Positions 14,899-24,384 are shown, counted from the first letter of the stretch. The stretch: 26,133 nt of DNA from an uncultured Dehalococcoidales bacterium (GCA_964579355.1 CAZOGR010000001.1:1-26133), one strand, 5' to 3'. Translations and numbers: made by a program. Notes: generated from the letters alone by a model not told the origin.

Positions 14899-16032
14899 AT
14901 GAGGAAAATAGCAGTATTACTGGTATCGTTGATAGTCATTCTAACGGTCATTTTAAGTACAGGCTGCTCGCTCATCGTCAGTAGCACAACAGAAAATTCG
15001 GATAATACCTCCCAGACCATTGAGCCGGAAATTGAAACTATTGAGGGAAACGGGAATAACAGTGCGGTAACCATCCCGATTTGCGAGCATCAGCCGGCTC
15101 TCCCAAGCATCGCCGATGTCGTTGCCGAGGTCAAACCTTCGGTCGTTATCATCAATACCGAAGTCGAAGCCTACGATTACTTCTACCGCCCGACGACCCA
15201 GGAAGCCACCGGTTCTGGCTTTATCATCACCGAGGACGGCTATATTGTTACTAACAATCATGTCATTGAAGGTGCGCAGTCTATTACCGTCATCCTCGAC
15301 GACAAGCGCAGTTTCAGCGCCGAAGTCATCGGTACCGACCCCTACACTGATATGGCAGTTATAAAAATCGACGCCGATAACTTGCCGACGGTAAAAATGG
15401 GCGATTCATCGATAATGCGAATCGGCGACTGGGTCGTCGCTATCGGCAACTCACTGGGCGAAGGCACGAGTGCCACGAACGGCATTATCAGTGCCAAGAA
15501 TGCGTCGCTGTCCTTCTCCGCCGAACAGACGCTCTATAATCTGCTGAGAACCAACGCCGAAATCAACCAGGGTAACTCCGGCGGACCGCTCGTTAATATG
15601 TCCGGGGAAGTTGTCGGTATCACCAGCGCCAAGGTCGCCAGCGTCGGCGTCGAGGGCATGAACTATGCCATCAGCACGGAAACCGCCACCCCTATTATCG
15701 AACAACTTATTAATCAGGGATACGCTTCCCACCCCTGGCTCGGTGTCTCTCTGTACACGGTTGATGAATATGTCATCGAACGGTTTATCCTGGCTGTCGA
15801 CAAGGGAGCTTTCCTGGTGGAAGTCGTTCCGGACAGTCCGGCCAGCAAAGCCGGACTTGAAACCTACGATGTTATCACCAGATTCAACGGACAGGACATT
15901 GCCGACGTCGATGAACTGATTGAAGCGATTCAGAAAACCCGGGTCGGCCAGGAAGTCGAAGTCACCTACTGGCACGGCAACCAGGAAATGACCACCACTC
16001 TCACCCTCGGCGAAAGGCCGACCGAATCGTAA
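14899..16032 (+). CDS. htrA: HtrA/DegP-family serine protease (trypsin domain plus one PDZ), probable lipoprotein
   Basis: GSGFII, TNNHV (His), D.AVIKI (Asp), GNSGGPL (Ser); lipobox-like LSTGC (Cys23). Confidence 0.92.
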   Translation: MRKIAVLLVSLIVILTVILSTGCSLIVSSTTENSDNTSQTIEPEIETIEGNGNNSAVTIPICEHQPALPSIADVVAEVKPSVVIINTEVEAYDYFYRPTTQEATGSGFIITEDGYIVTNNHVIEGAQSITVILDDKRSFSAEVIGTDPYTDMAVIKIDADNLPTVKMGDSSIMRIGDWVVAIGNSLGEGTSATNGIISAKNASLSFSAEQTLYNLLRTNAEINQGNSGGPLVNMSGEVVGITSAKVASVGVEGMNYAISTETATPIIEQLINQGYASHPWLGVSLYTVDEYVIERFILAVDKGAFLVEVVPDSPASKAGLETYDVITRFNGQDIADVDELIEAIQKTRVGQEVEVTYWHGNQEMTTTLTLGERPTES

Positions 16033-16057
16033 TCCTCCCCGCGCCTGACAGGAAATC

Positions 16058-16092
16058 GAAAAGCCCTGTTCTTTGCGAACAGGGCTTTTTTC
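16058..16092. terminator. Bidirectional intrinsic terminator between convergent htrA and ileS
   Basis: AAAAGCCCTGTTC-TTTGC-GAACAGGGCTTTT hairpin with A and T runs on the flanks. Confidence 0.85.
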
Positions 16093-16111
16093 TTCATTGT
16101 GCTGACCGGTA

Positions 16112-19100
16112 TCACGCCAGCTTTTTGACCCCCATCGAAACCGCATGCCCGCTGATTTTGAATTCTTCCCGGTAGTCAGCATTCTCAGGAACGCCCACCA
16201 TCAGTTTGTCGGTCAGCGTCTCCTGCCTGATGTAATCTCCGGTGACACCACCGGCCATAATACCATTGACATACTCGTCGCCCTCATAGTGGACGATTAT
16301 GTGGTCAGCAATATCGAAATCCGCCGAACGCCGCATGTTCTGAATCCGGTGGACTATTTCCCGGGCCATTCCTTCGGCTTCGAGTTCCGGCGTCAGGACA
16401 GTATAGATAGCAGAATTCGTATTGCCTTCGGCTGCAACCATGTACCCTTCCTTGCCATTCAGTATTTCAACCTCAGCGAACAATTGCACCTCCACGGTTT
16501 TCACGTTCAGCTCATCCAGCACCATCTGCATAATTTCTTCATTCGCCAGTGCCCGTTTCTCACGGTCGGTGGCAACACCGATATAGTTGACTGCCAGCGG
16601 CTGTCTCACCTTGATACCCGCTTTGCTTCTTACCGCTCTGCCAAGGCTCGATACCTTCATCGCCAGCTTGTTGGCTTCGGAAAGCTGCTCATCAATCATG
16701 CTTTCATCAGCAGCAGGGAAGTCAGCCAAGTGAACGCTTTCGGGAGCCGCCGGGTTCACTGAAACCACCAGGTTCCGGTACAGCTCTTCGGAAAGAAACG
16801 GAGTGAATGGTGCCATCAGCTTCGCCAGCGTCACCAGGCATTCGTACAGTGTGTTGTATGCCGAAAGTTTATCGGTATCGTTCTCACTCTTCCAGAACCG
16901 TCTCCGGCTCCGCCGTACGTACCAGTTAGACAGCAGGTCAATGAATGTCTCAATTTTTCGTCCGGAATCGGTCGGATTGTAGTTTGCCAGACCGCCGTCA
17001 ACATCGATAATCAACTGACTCAGCTCTGAAAGTATCCACTTGTCCAGTTCCGCTTCAGGTTTAAAGGACATCCCATCGGCAGGTTTGAATTCATCGATGT
17101 TCGCGTACATAACAAAGAATGAATAGACATTCCAGAGAGTCGAAAGTACCCGCCGTGAAACTTCGGTGACCTGTTTCGTATCGAACTGACGGGGGATGCC
17201 GGACGGCGACCCGGTGTAAAGGTACCAGCGCAAGGCGTCGGCTCCGTCCTTATTGATGACATCTTTCGGCCAGACGATATTGCCCCGGCTCTTGCTCATT
17301 TTTTTACCCTTGGCATCGAGTACCAGCTCCAGGCAGATACAGTTCTCGAAAGCGACACGGTCGAATAGCATCGTCGATATGGCATGAAGGCTGTAAAACC
17401 AGCCTCGGGTCTGGTCGACGCCTTCGCTGATGAACTCCGCAGGCGAAACGCTTTTCTCGAACAGTTCTTTATTTTTCATTGGATAATGGAACTGAGCGAA
17501 CGGCATCGAACCGGATTCGAACCAGCAGTCCATTACTTCCGGGGTACGTTTCATTCCTCCGCCGCATTTGCCACATGAGAAGGTAATATCATCCGCGTAA
17601 GGCCGGTGCAGATCGATCGTTTCGGCAAAGCCGCTGAAACCGGGTTTCGCCCTTAACTCATCGATACTGCCGACACACTCCATCTCACCGCATTTCTCGC
17701 AGCGCCAGATTGGCAGTGGCGCCCCCCAGTACCGTTCCCGAGCAAACGCCCAGTCGACATTATTCTCTAGCCAGTTGCCGAACCGACCGGATTTAATATG
17801 CTCCGGATACCAGTTAATCCCCCGGTTCAGATCCATCATCCGCTCTTTGACGGCGGTTGTCTTGATGTACCAGGTCTGCTTGGCATAGTAGAGCAGCGGG
17901 GCGTCGCAGCGCCAGCAGAAAGGATAGGTGTGCTTCACCATCTCCCGGCGATAGAGTAGTCCGCGTTCCTTTAATTCTTCCATTATCAGCGGGTCGGCTG
18001 CCTTGACGAACTTGCCGGCAAAGGAATAGGACCCAATCAGATTTCCCTGTAGGTCTACCTGCTGGACGAAATCCAGTTTTTTCGTTTTCCCGGCTTCGTA
18101 GTCGACTTCGCCGAAAGCGGGTGCAACATGGACGATACCGGTACCGTCATCCATCGTCACAAAATCACCGCCGATAACGGTATACATCAGATTAGTCTCC
18201 GGTTCCTGTTTGACCAGCGAACCGTCGTCCTGGAATCTCAGACGATCGACCGAGTATTCATGCGGATTGTAGAGCGGCTGATAACGAATACCCACCAACT
18301 CTTTACCGGGGATGTTTTTCACCGATGTGTATCCTTCCGGATTCAGAATGACCGCCAGCCGGGCTGCCATGACCAGGTAATCGTTCTCACCCTGTAAGAC
18401 CACATACTCGGAATCCGCCGATACTGCCAGGGCAGTGTTGCCGGGCAACGTCCAGGGAGTCGTCGTCCATGCCAGCAGGTATACCGGTTTATCAGACGGC
18501 AGTTTTTCCGAGATATCATCGGCTACCTTAAACTTTATGTAAACAGAAGGGTCGACCGTATCGTCTTTATACCCCTGGGCGACCTCGTGTGAGCTTAAGG
18601 ACGTTCCGCAGCGCGGGCAGTGAGGTGTCACCCGGTATCCCTGGTAGACAAGTCCTCTGTCCCACATCTGCTTCAGCGCCCACCAGACAGATTCTATGTA
18701 GCTGTTGTTCATCGTCACGTAGGCATTGTCGAGGTCGACCCAGTAAGCAATGCGCTCGGTCATGCTATTCCACTCTTTAAGATAGGTAAAGACGCTGTCC
18801 CGGCACCGCTTGTTGAATACTTCAATGCCGATTTTTTCAATCTGGTCCTTGCTGGTTATTCCGAGCTGTTTTTCCACTTCCAGTTCGACAGGCAGGCCAT
18901 GTGTATCCCAGCCCGCAATACGTGGCACGTAGTACCCCTTCATCACCTTGTAACGAATGATGATATCTTTGTAGGCCCGCGCGAGCACGTGGTGAATACC
19001 GGGATTGCCATTCGCGAAGGGAGGCCCCTCGTAAAAAACGAACCGGTCGTTCTTTTCCCGCGAGGTAACGCTTTTCCCGAAAACATCAATCTGTTTCCAG

Positions 19101-19162
19101 AGCTCCAGGATATCTTCTTCCATCTTTGGAAAATTAACATGGCTCCCGACAGGTTTAAACAT
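16112..19162 (-). CDS. ileS: Isoleucine--tRNA ligase, type 2 (archaeal/eukaryote-like)
   Basis: FYEGPPFANG.P.IHH (HIGH variant), GWDTHGLPVE, WTTTPWTLP and KMSKS motifs; C-terminal 'EG.AREIV.RIQ..R' lacks the type-1 Zn finger. Start is ATG 19162 (GGAG 6 nt upstream) or GTG 19165. Confidence 0.97.
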   Translation of the reverse strand: MFKPVGSHVNFPKMEEDILELWKQIDVFGKSVTSREKNDRFVFYEGPPFANGNPGIHHVLARAYKDIIIRYKVMKGYYVPRIAGWDTHGLPVELEVEKQLGITSKDQIEKIGIEVFNKRCRDSVFTYLKEWNSMTERIAYWVDLDNAYVTMNNSYIESVWWALKQMWDRGLVYQGYRVTPHCPRCGTSLSSHEVAQGYKDDTVDPSVYIKFKVADDISEKLPSDKPVYLLAWTTTPWTLPGNTALAVSADSEYVVLQGENDYLVMAARLAVILNPEGYTSVKNIPGKELVGIRYQPLYNPHEYSVDRLRFQDDGSLVKQEPETNLMYTVIGGDFVTMDDGTGIVHVAPAFGEVDYEAGKTKKLDFVQQVDLQGNLIGSYSFAGKFVKAADPLIMEELKERGLLYRREMVKHTYPFCWRCDAPLLYYAKQTWYIKTTAVKERMMDLNRGINWYPEHIKSGRFGNWLENNVDWAFARERYWGAPLPIWRCEKCGEMECVGSIDELRAKPGFSGFAETIDLHRPYADDITFSCGKCGGGMKRTPEVMDCWFESGSMPFAQFHYPMKNKELFEKSVSPAEFISEGVDQTRGWFYSLHAISTMLFDRVAFENCICLELVLDAKGKKMSKSRGNIVWPKDVINKDGADALRWYLYTGSPSGIPRQFDTKQVTEVSRRVLSTLWNVYSFFVMYANIDEFKPADGMSFKPEAELDKWILSELSQLIIDVDGGLANYNPTDSGRKIETFIDLLSNWYVRRSRRRFWKSENDTDKLSAYNTLYECLVTLAKLMAPFTPFLSEELYRNLVVSVNPAAPESVHLADFPAADESMIDEQLSEANKLAMKVSSLGRAVRSKAGIKVRQPLAVNYIGVATDREKRALANEEIMQMVLDELNVKTVEVQLFAEVEILNGKEGYMVAAEGNTNSAIYTVLTPELEAEGMAREIVHRIQNMRRSADFDIADHIIVHYEGDEYVNGIMAGGVTGDYIRQETLTDKLMVGVPENADYREEFKISGHAVSMGVKKLA

Positions 19163-19196
19163 CACTCACTCCACTTTTTTTCAGTTTCTTACCAAT

Positions 19197-19468
19197 AAAA
19201 AAACCTCGTCACAGGGACGAGGCTGCTATAGCTCCGCGGTACCACCCTTGTTTCCCGATTGCATCGGGACACTCATCAAAGCACATTACAATGCTTCCGC
19301 TGTCGGTAACGGTCAGCGACTCCGTTCAAGCCTACTAACCCCGGGACTGCCGGGATATTCGGTTGACGACTCGGGAGGGATTTTCGGGAAGACGGCCACG
19401 TCTGCTTTCACCGAACCAGACTCGCTGCGTACCCGGATACTTCCTTACTCTTCTCCGTCACTGTCTTT
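19197..19468 (-). ncRNA. T-box riboswitch, isoleucine-specific
   Basis: Minus strand: AAAGACAGTGACGGAGAAGAGTA; CAGCGAG; GGTGAAAG; specifier GAAA-ATC at 19381-19379; T-box AACAAGGGTGGTACCGCGG at 19252-19234; terminator CCTCGTC/GACGAGG plus U7. Confidence 0.93.
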
Positions 19469-19477
19469 AACAATAAA

Positions 19478-19506
19478 AGACTAACGTACAATTGGTTATT
19501 TGTCAA
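19478..19506 (-). promoter_or_regulatory. sigma70 promoter of the Ile T-box (TTGACA-17-TAGTCT)
   Basis: Perfect -35 and a TAnnnT -10; the predicted start coincides with the 5' end of the T-box. Confidence 0.6.
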
Positions 19507-19540
19507 TCGCAGAAGCGGTTTTAGCTGCAATAACGGCCTA

Positions 19541-20212
19541 TCAGGCCTTCTTCGGAAGGATAACAACCCGACGGGATTCCCCCTGCCCGATACTTTCGGT
19601 CAGCACATCCGGGTGGTCTACCAGTGCAAGGTGAATGATTCGCCGTTCGTAGGCCGGCATCGGTTCCAGAGTAAACGACATCTTTTTCGTTTTTACCTGC
19701 TCTGCCATTTGCCGTGCAAATATCTGCAAGGCTTCGTAACGGCGCTGCTTGTAGCCTTCGACATCGAGGATAATCGGTTTCCAAGTTTTTTTCTGCTGGC
19801 CGACAATCAGCCTGACAATATACTGAAGGCAAGAAAGAGTCTGGCCCCGGCGTCCGATAAGTATACCTAGATCGTCACCTTCGATGTTAAGACAAATCGT
19901 TTCAGTGGATTCTTCTCCGTCATCTGTCAGTGGAGCCTGGAATTCAGCGGTGCCATCAATTTCCAGCAATGATAAAAGATTGTTCAGCGTTTCCCGGACG
20001 TATTCTGATATATCGTCATCAACCGGCTTAGGTGCAGTCTCCAAAATGGTTACCCGTATGACAGCCTCTTCAGCTCCGATACCGAGGATGCCTGACTTAC
20101 CTTCGTTTAGGACGTCGACTCTTACTTCCTCCCGGCTGACGCCTAATTGATTGAGAGCTACCTGAATAGCTTCCTCGACTGTCCTGGCTTTCACTTCCAG
20201 ACTCTCGTTCAT
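19541..20212 (-). CDS. jag: Jag/EloR/KhpB RNA-binding protein (Jag_N, KH, R3H)
   Basis: 'E..A.TVEEAI..AL..LG', 'GILIGRRGQTL..LQY' (KH), 'M...ERRIIH' (R3H). Start set at ATG 20212 behind AGAGG. Confidence 0.95.
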   Translation of the reverse strand: MNESLEVKARTVEEAIQVALNQLGVSREEVRVDVLNEGKSGILGIGAEEAVIRVTILETAPKPVDDDISEYVRETLNNLLSLLEIDGTAEFQAPLTDDGEESTETICLNIEGDDLGILIGRRGQTLSCLQYIVRLIVGQQKKTWKPIILDVEGYKQRRYEALQIFARQMAEQVKTKKMSFTLEPMPAYERRIIHLALVDHPDVLTESIGQGESRRVVILPKKA

Positions 20213-21071
20213 TTTTATCCTCTTCCCGGGCGGGACTCGGTTCAATAACGATATCAGCCCGTGTGTCTTCTGCCGTCAATGCTTTTTTCTGTTTGGGAAC
20301 CCGCCCTTCTTTTATCTTCGGCTCAGGGCCTTTTTTCCCTTTAAGGAAAGAAAAAGAAAGCCCTCCCCATCCGGTCGTGAAATACTGCAGGATGACCCGG
20401 ATAAGGGTCGAGGTAAACCAGTACAAGGCAAGTCCGCTCGGAACCGAAATGCAGATAAAACCGAACATCAGCGGCATCATCCAGTTCATCATCTGAGCCT
20501 GAGCGGCCTGCTGCGGGTTGGCATTCGGGTTGCTCGTCATCTTCTGCTGAACATACATGACCGCCGCGACCAGGAAGCCCATGATGAAGTTGGGCACCGC
20601 CAGGTCCAGGAAAAGGAAACTGCTGTTCAGCGGCAGCAGGGAAAATACCGAATCCCATGACGAGTATAAACGCTGCGATAAATCGAGAAATCCCTCCGGC
20701 GAAGTCGCCAGCAACCGGATGATTGACTGGTAGAGCGCCACCCACACCGGCATTTGCACCAGCATCGGCAGCAGACACCCTGCCGGGCTGACTCCCGATT
20801 CTTTCATCAGCCGCATCTGTTCTTCGGCGGCTTTCTGCTTGTCCTTAGCGTATTTCTTCTGAATCTCAGCAACCTCAGCCTGCATAGACTGCATTGCCTT
20901 GCTGGACTTCAATTGCTTCATTGTCAGAGGGTACATTATCAGGTTAACGACAATCGTCAGAACGATGATGGACAGTCCGAAATTCCCGAAAAGGAAATCG
21001 GACATCACTATCATAACGTTAACCAGCGGATTCAGTATTATAAGGTCCCAGATGAACCCAACCCATTCCAA
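20097..21071 (-). CDS. yidC: Membrane protein insertase YidC/Oxa1 (short form with long charged C-tail)
   Basis: 'FG.SII.LT', 'GCLLPMLVQMPV..ALY', 'SGLALYW' motifs; TTG start. Confidence 0.95.
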   Translation of the reverse strand: MEWVGFIWDLIILNPLVNVMIVMSDFLFGNFGLSIIVLTIVVNLIMYPLTMKQLKSSKAMQSMQAEVAEIQKKYAKDKQKAAEEQMRLMKESGVSPAGCLLPMLVQMPVWVALYQSIIRLLATSPEGFLDLSQRLYSSWDSVFSLLPLNSSFLFLDLAVPNFIMGFLVAAVMYVQQKMTSNPNANPQQAAQAQMMNWMMPLMFGFICISVPSGLALYWFTSTLIRVILQYFTTGWGGLSFSFLKGKKGPEPKIKEGRVPKQKKALTAEDTRADIVIEPSPAREEDKNERESGSESQDSRGSYSGSSQSIRRQPGGSKSRRPKRR

Positions 21072-21100
21072 GAGCGTTACCTCACTTTATCTTCGCTCGG

Positions 21101-22255
21101 TTAAGATTCCGGATTGATGACGAGTTCCCTCTTTGCTCCGGTCTTCGCGTCAATCTCGTATACTTTATCTAAACTGGAGTGAACGTAAATTTTCCCGTCT
21201 CCGGCAATCAAATCGGCATAAATTTTTTCGCCCTTTTCCAGCACCGCCACCACTCCCCGCCCGTTGTCATCCTCACTGATGGCATGGAGTTTACCTTCCT
21301 GCGTACCGACTATCAGCATATCATCGATTATAACCGGTGACGACGAAATCGGGCTTCCGAGGTCGTACTCGGCTTTCTTTCTACCGGTCGCCCTTTCGAG
21401 AACGTACATCTTGCCGTCCAGACATGAGGCAAAGATGACATCTCCGTAAACGGCAGGCTTCGCCCAGAACCAGTTACCGGCCTTAAACTGCCATTTTACC
21501 GTCCCGGTCGCGGCATTCAGCGCGTAGATATTTCTATCAAATGAGCCGATATACACGGTGTTTCCATCGACCACTGGCGTCGAAACGATTGCCCCTTCTG
21601 TCTCGAATTCCCATTTCAGGCTGCCGTCAATCGTATTCAAGGCAATCAGCTTCTTGTTGAACGAACCGATATATAACGTATCGTCGCTCACCGCCGGAGT
21701 CGACCAGATCATGTCGTCGATTTCGATTTCCCATTCTTTGAAACCATCCCTGGCATCGAGAGCGAAAATCTTGTTTCCCGAAGTACCGAAGTAGAGTTTC
21801 CCGTTATCGTAAAGGACACTACCGATAAGTGCCCCGCTGATACTTTCGTCGCGCGGGTAAACCCACCTCGGTTCGTAACGTATTTCTTCGGTTGTAAAGG
21901 CATAAATTTTACTGGTCGCGCCGTTGCCGCCGATAACCACAAGACCGTCGGCAATGACCGGAGATCCGTAAATGACCATGCGTGTCGCCGCTTGCCCGCA
22001 GCTTAAGAACCCCGTTGAAGCCTGCGTGCTTTCCAGAGGTAACGACTGGACGATACTCCCATCATCCAGGTTGACGGTGACCAGATTACCTGTCATGGAG
22101 CCGACATAGAGAGTATTATCCTGAACGACTCCTCCCGCCCATCCGGCAGCGGTTGCTCCCCGGCTCATGCAGCCGGTGAAAAATATCACGCTTGTCAGGA
22201 GAAAAAGGCTGATAAGCAGCAGAGATGTTTTGAATTTTCTATTATTTTGTTTCAT
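21101..22255 (-). CDS. PQQ-repeat (BamB-like) 8-bladed beta-propeller lipoprotein
   Basis: Lipobox-like FFTGC; eight 'S.P....D..Y.GS....AL....G..KW' repeats counted by eye. Confidence 0.88.
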   Translation of the reverse strand: MKQNNRKFKTSLLLISLFLLTSVIFFTGCMSRGATAAGWAGGVVQDNTLYVGSMTGNLVTVNLDDGSIVQSLPLESTQASTGFLSCGQAATRMVIYGSPVIADGLVVIGGNGATSKIYAFTTEEIRYEPRWVYPRDESISGALIGSVLYDNGKLYFGTSGNKIFALDARDGFKEWEIEIDDMIWSTPAVSDDTLYIGSFNKKLIALNTIDGSLKWEFETEGAIVSTPVVDGNTVYIGSFDRNIYALNAATGTVKWQFKAGNWFWAKPAVYGDVIFASCLDGKMYVLERATGRKKAEYDLGSPISSSPVIIDDMLIVGTQEGKLHAISEDDNGRGVVAVLEKGEKIYADLIAGDGKIYVHSSLDKVYEIDAKTGAKRELVINPES

Positions 22256-22286
22256 TTACTCTTTTAAGAAAATCTCGTTCCTGGTA

Positions 22287-22496
22287 TTACGGTACCGGGT
22301 CGTAGCCCCCATGATGAAACGGATGGCAGGTTGATATTCTCCGGATTCCGAGCCATATTCCCTTGAGAATACCGTATTTTTCTATCGCTTCGTACGTATA
22401 TTGGGAACAGGTCGGCAGGTAGCGGCATGTCGATGGTAATGCCTGAGATATCGTCACCTGATATAACCGTATCATTCCCATCGCAATCTTTTTCAT
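22287..22496 (-). CDS. yidD: Membrane protein insertion efficiency factor YidD
   Basis: 'CRY.PTCSQY..EAI.KYG..KG..LG..RI..CHPF..GG.DPVP'. Confidence 0.96.
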   Translation of the reverse strand: MKKIAMGMIRLYQVTISQALPSTCRYLPTCSQYTYEAIEKYGILKGIWLGIRRISTCHPFHHGGYDPVP

Positions 22497-22518
22497 GCTG
22501 TCGCCTGTCCGTGTCTGT

Positions 22519-22857
22519 TTATCCTACATCTTTCAGCAATCCAGCTCTGGAAAGAATCCTTTCCACGGATACTTTCAGAGAGGAGAAACCCGCACTAGCT
22601 GCTGCCGAGCGAACAATGTAGACAACATCCCAACCCGGTTTAACCGGTTCACTTCGTACAATTTCTTTCAACCGGCGCTTCATTTTGTTCCTGGTTACCG
22701 CATTGCCGACTCGTTTACTGACTGAAAACCCGAACCTCGATAGTGCCAGATTATTCGGCAAGGCTTTCATAACCAGAAACCGGGACGACCATGATGAGCC
22801 TTTATCGTATACTTCCGTGTACTGGCGTGGTTTCGTAAGGCGTTCCTCTCTTTTCAT
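22519..22857 (-). CDS. rnpA: Ribonuclease P protein component
   Basis: '[25 protein letters not shown]' RNR motif. Confidence 0.96.
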   Translation of the reverse strand: MKREERLTKPRQYTEVYDKGSSWSSRFLVMKALPNNLALSRFGFSVSKRVGNAVTRNKMKRRLKEIVRSEPVKPGWDVVYIVRSAAASAGFSSLKVSVERILSRAGLLKDVG

Positions 22858-22885
22858 TACTCCCTCTTGCGGGTGTTAATGCGAG

Positions 22886-22894
22886 AGTATACCA
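22886..22894 (-). promoter_or_regulatory. Possible internal extended -10 promoter (TGGTATACT) for rnpA-yidD-propeller-yidC-jag
   Basis: TGn-TATACT in the rpmH-rnpA gap; no convincing -35. Confidence 0.3.
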
Positions 22895-22899
22895 CCCGA

Positions 22900-23040
22900 C
22901 TAGACCACGGTAAGACGCAGGCGTCCCTTTAATCTCCGAGCCCGTAATACGGCTCTGCCGCCCCTTGAACTCATTCTTTTAAGGAATCCGTGTTCGCGCT
23001 TGCGAGGGATTCTCTTTGGTTGATAGGTCCTCTTTGGCAT
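22900..23040 (-). CDS. rpmH: 50S ribosomal protein L34
   Basis: Manual translation (absent from the track, 46 aa): [46 protein letters not shown]; located upstream of rnpA. Confidence 0.96.
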   Translation of the reverse strand: MPKRTYQPKRIPRKREHGFLKRMSSRGGRAVLRARRLKGRLRLTVV

Positions 23041-23101
23041 TCTAACCCCTTATTTGCTTCTACCTGGAATACACGTCAATAGTACAGGTATCGTTTTTCT
23101 G

Positions 23102-23494
23102 TTATTCCGCTTCCACGGTCGCTGCCGATTCTTCGGCGGTGGTCGGTTCTTCTGCAGCTGCCGCTTCAGGCGGCGGAGGAGGCGCGACAACCCGTACCGG
23201 CGCGGCCATCGAGGTCCCGACTTTCCTCATGTGAGCCGGAACGTACGGCAACAAGGCAAGATGTCTTGCCCGCTTGATAGCTACGGCCAGAACGCGCTGA
23301 TGCTTGGCGCATGTTCCTGTTCGCCGTCGCGGAACTATCTTCGCCCTGTCGGAGACAAAACTCCTCAGCTTGTCAGGGTCTTTATAGTCTATCCTGGCTG
23401 ACTTATCAGCACAGAAAGTACAAACTTTACGTTTGGGTGCGTACTTGGGCCTGCTCCACTTTTTTACAACCCCTGTTGGTTTCTTTCTCGCCAC
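23102..23494 (-). CDS. rpsR: 30S ribosomal protein S18 (Zn-binding form) with acidic Pro/Ala-rich C-terminal extension
   Basis: CTFC...IDYKD...KI.PRR.TG.CAKHQR..A.AIKRAR.LALLPY. Confidence 0.96.
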   Translation of the reverse strand: MARKKPTGVVKKWSRPKYAPKRKVCTFCADKSARIDYKDPDKLRSFVSDRAKIVPRRRTGTCAKHQRVLAVAIKRARHLALLPYVPAHMRKVGTSMAAPVRVVAPPPPPEAAAAEEPTTAEESAATVEAE

Positions 23495-23534
23495 TTGCTA
23501 CTTCTCCAATTTTCCAGGTTATTATTTTACATCC

Positions 23535-23942
23535 CTAGAAGGGAATATCATCAGGTTCTATATCATATGCCCCGTTATCCGCAGGTCTCTCCTCATGGAA
23601 CTGGGATGATGCCTGTCTGTCAAGGAAACTTACCCTGTCAGCGACAATCTCATTGCGGGAACGCTTCTGGCCGTCCTGCCCTTCCCAGGTATGAGTCCGA
23701 AGTCTGCCTTCGACGTAGACCAGCCTTCCCTTGCTTAAATACTGATTACACTGTTCTGCCAGCTTACCCCAGGTCACCACCGTGAACCACTCCGTCTCTT
23801 CCCGGCGCTCGCCATCAGAGGTTGTGTATTTCCGGTTCGTCGCAGTGCTGAAAGACGTTACCGCCCTTCCGTTCGGAGTAAATCTCATCTCAGGTTCACT
23901 GCCGAGATTACCGATAATGATTATTCTGTTAACGCTTACCAT
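23535..23942 (-). CDS. ssb: Single-stranded DNA-binding protein
   Basis: 'N....IGNLG..PE.R.T..G', 'KG..VYVEGRL', C-terminal DDIPF. Confidence 0.97.
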   Translation of the reverse strand: MVSVNRIIIIGNLGSEPEMRFTPNGRAVTSFSTATNRKYTTSDGERREETEWFTVVTWGKLAEQCNQYLSKGRLVYVEGRLRTHTWEGQDGQKRSRNEIVADRVSFLDRQASSQFHEERPADNGAYDIEPDDIPF

Positions 23943-24004
23943 TCTCTTAAAGCTCCTTATCCTCCCCCGGAATATCCGGAAGACTCGGGCTTTTTCTCTG
24001 TTTC

Positions 24005-24325
24005 TTAATCACAAACAATCAGCAGATGCCGCAGAACTTCATCAGAAATCCGTAAGCTGTTCTCGAGGTCTTTCCCATCGGCGGGTTTCATCTTGAGCAG
24101 GAACAGAACGTAGTATCCGTCAATCATGTGTTTGATGGGATAGGCAAGGCGTCTTTTTCCCCACCGTTTGACATCGGTTACCTCGCTGCCCCTGCTGGTT
24201 ACATAATTTTTTACATTTCCTATGGAAGCTTCAAGCTTTTCTTCAGGTACCTCCGCGGAAAATACGACGGTTAACTCATAGTCTCTAAGTTGTGTTTCCT
24301 CTTGCGTTGCCAAATTGCCAGACAC
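24005..24325 (-). CDS. rpsF: 30S ribosomal protein S6
   Basis: 'RDYEL', 'WG.RRLAYPI....G.Y', 'I...VLRHL'; rpsF-ssb-rpsR order. Confidence 0.96.
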   Translation of the reverse strand: MSGNLATQEETQLRDYELTVVFSAEVPEEKLEASIGNVKNYVTSRGSEVTDVKRWGKRRLAYPIKHMIDGYYVLFLLKMKPADGKDLENSLRISDEVLRHLLIVCD

Positions 24326-24354
24326 CTTTCCCTTTACTAAAAAAGCTTTGACAC

Positions 24355-24384
24355 ATTATACCACATATTCAAGCCGGTTCACAA
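24355..24384 (-). promoter_or_regulatory. Promoter of the rpsF operon (TTGTGA-18-TATAAT with extended TG)
   Basis: Minus strand TGTGG-TATAAT about 30 nt upstream of the GTG start. Confidence 0.6.

Noticed and set aside
23041-23101. oriC next to rpmH
   Set aside because: The 61-nt gap has no DnaA boxes and is bounded by rpsR.
24326-24360. S6:S18-binding RNA leader upstream of rpsF
   Set aside because: The predicted leader is only about 23 nt and shows no CCG-containing hairpin.
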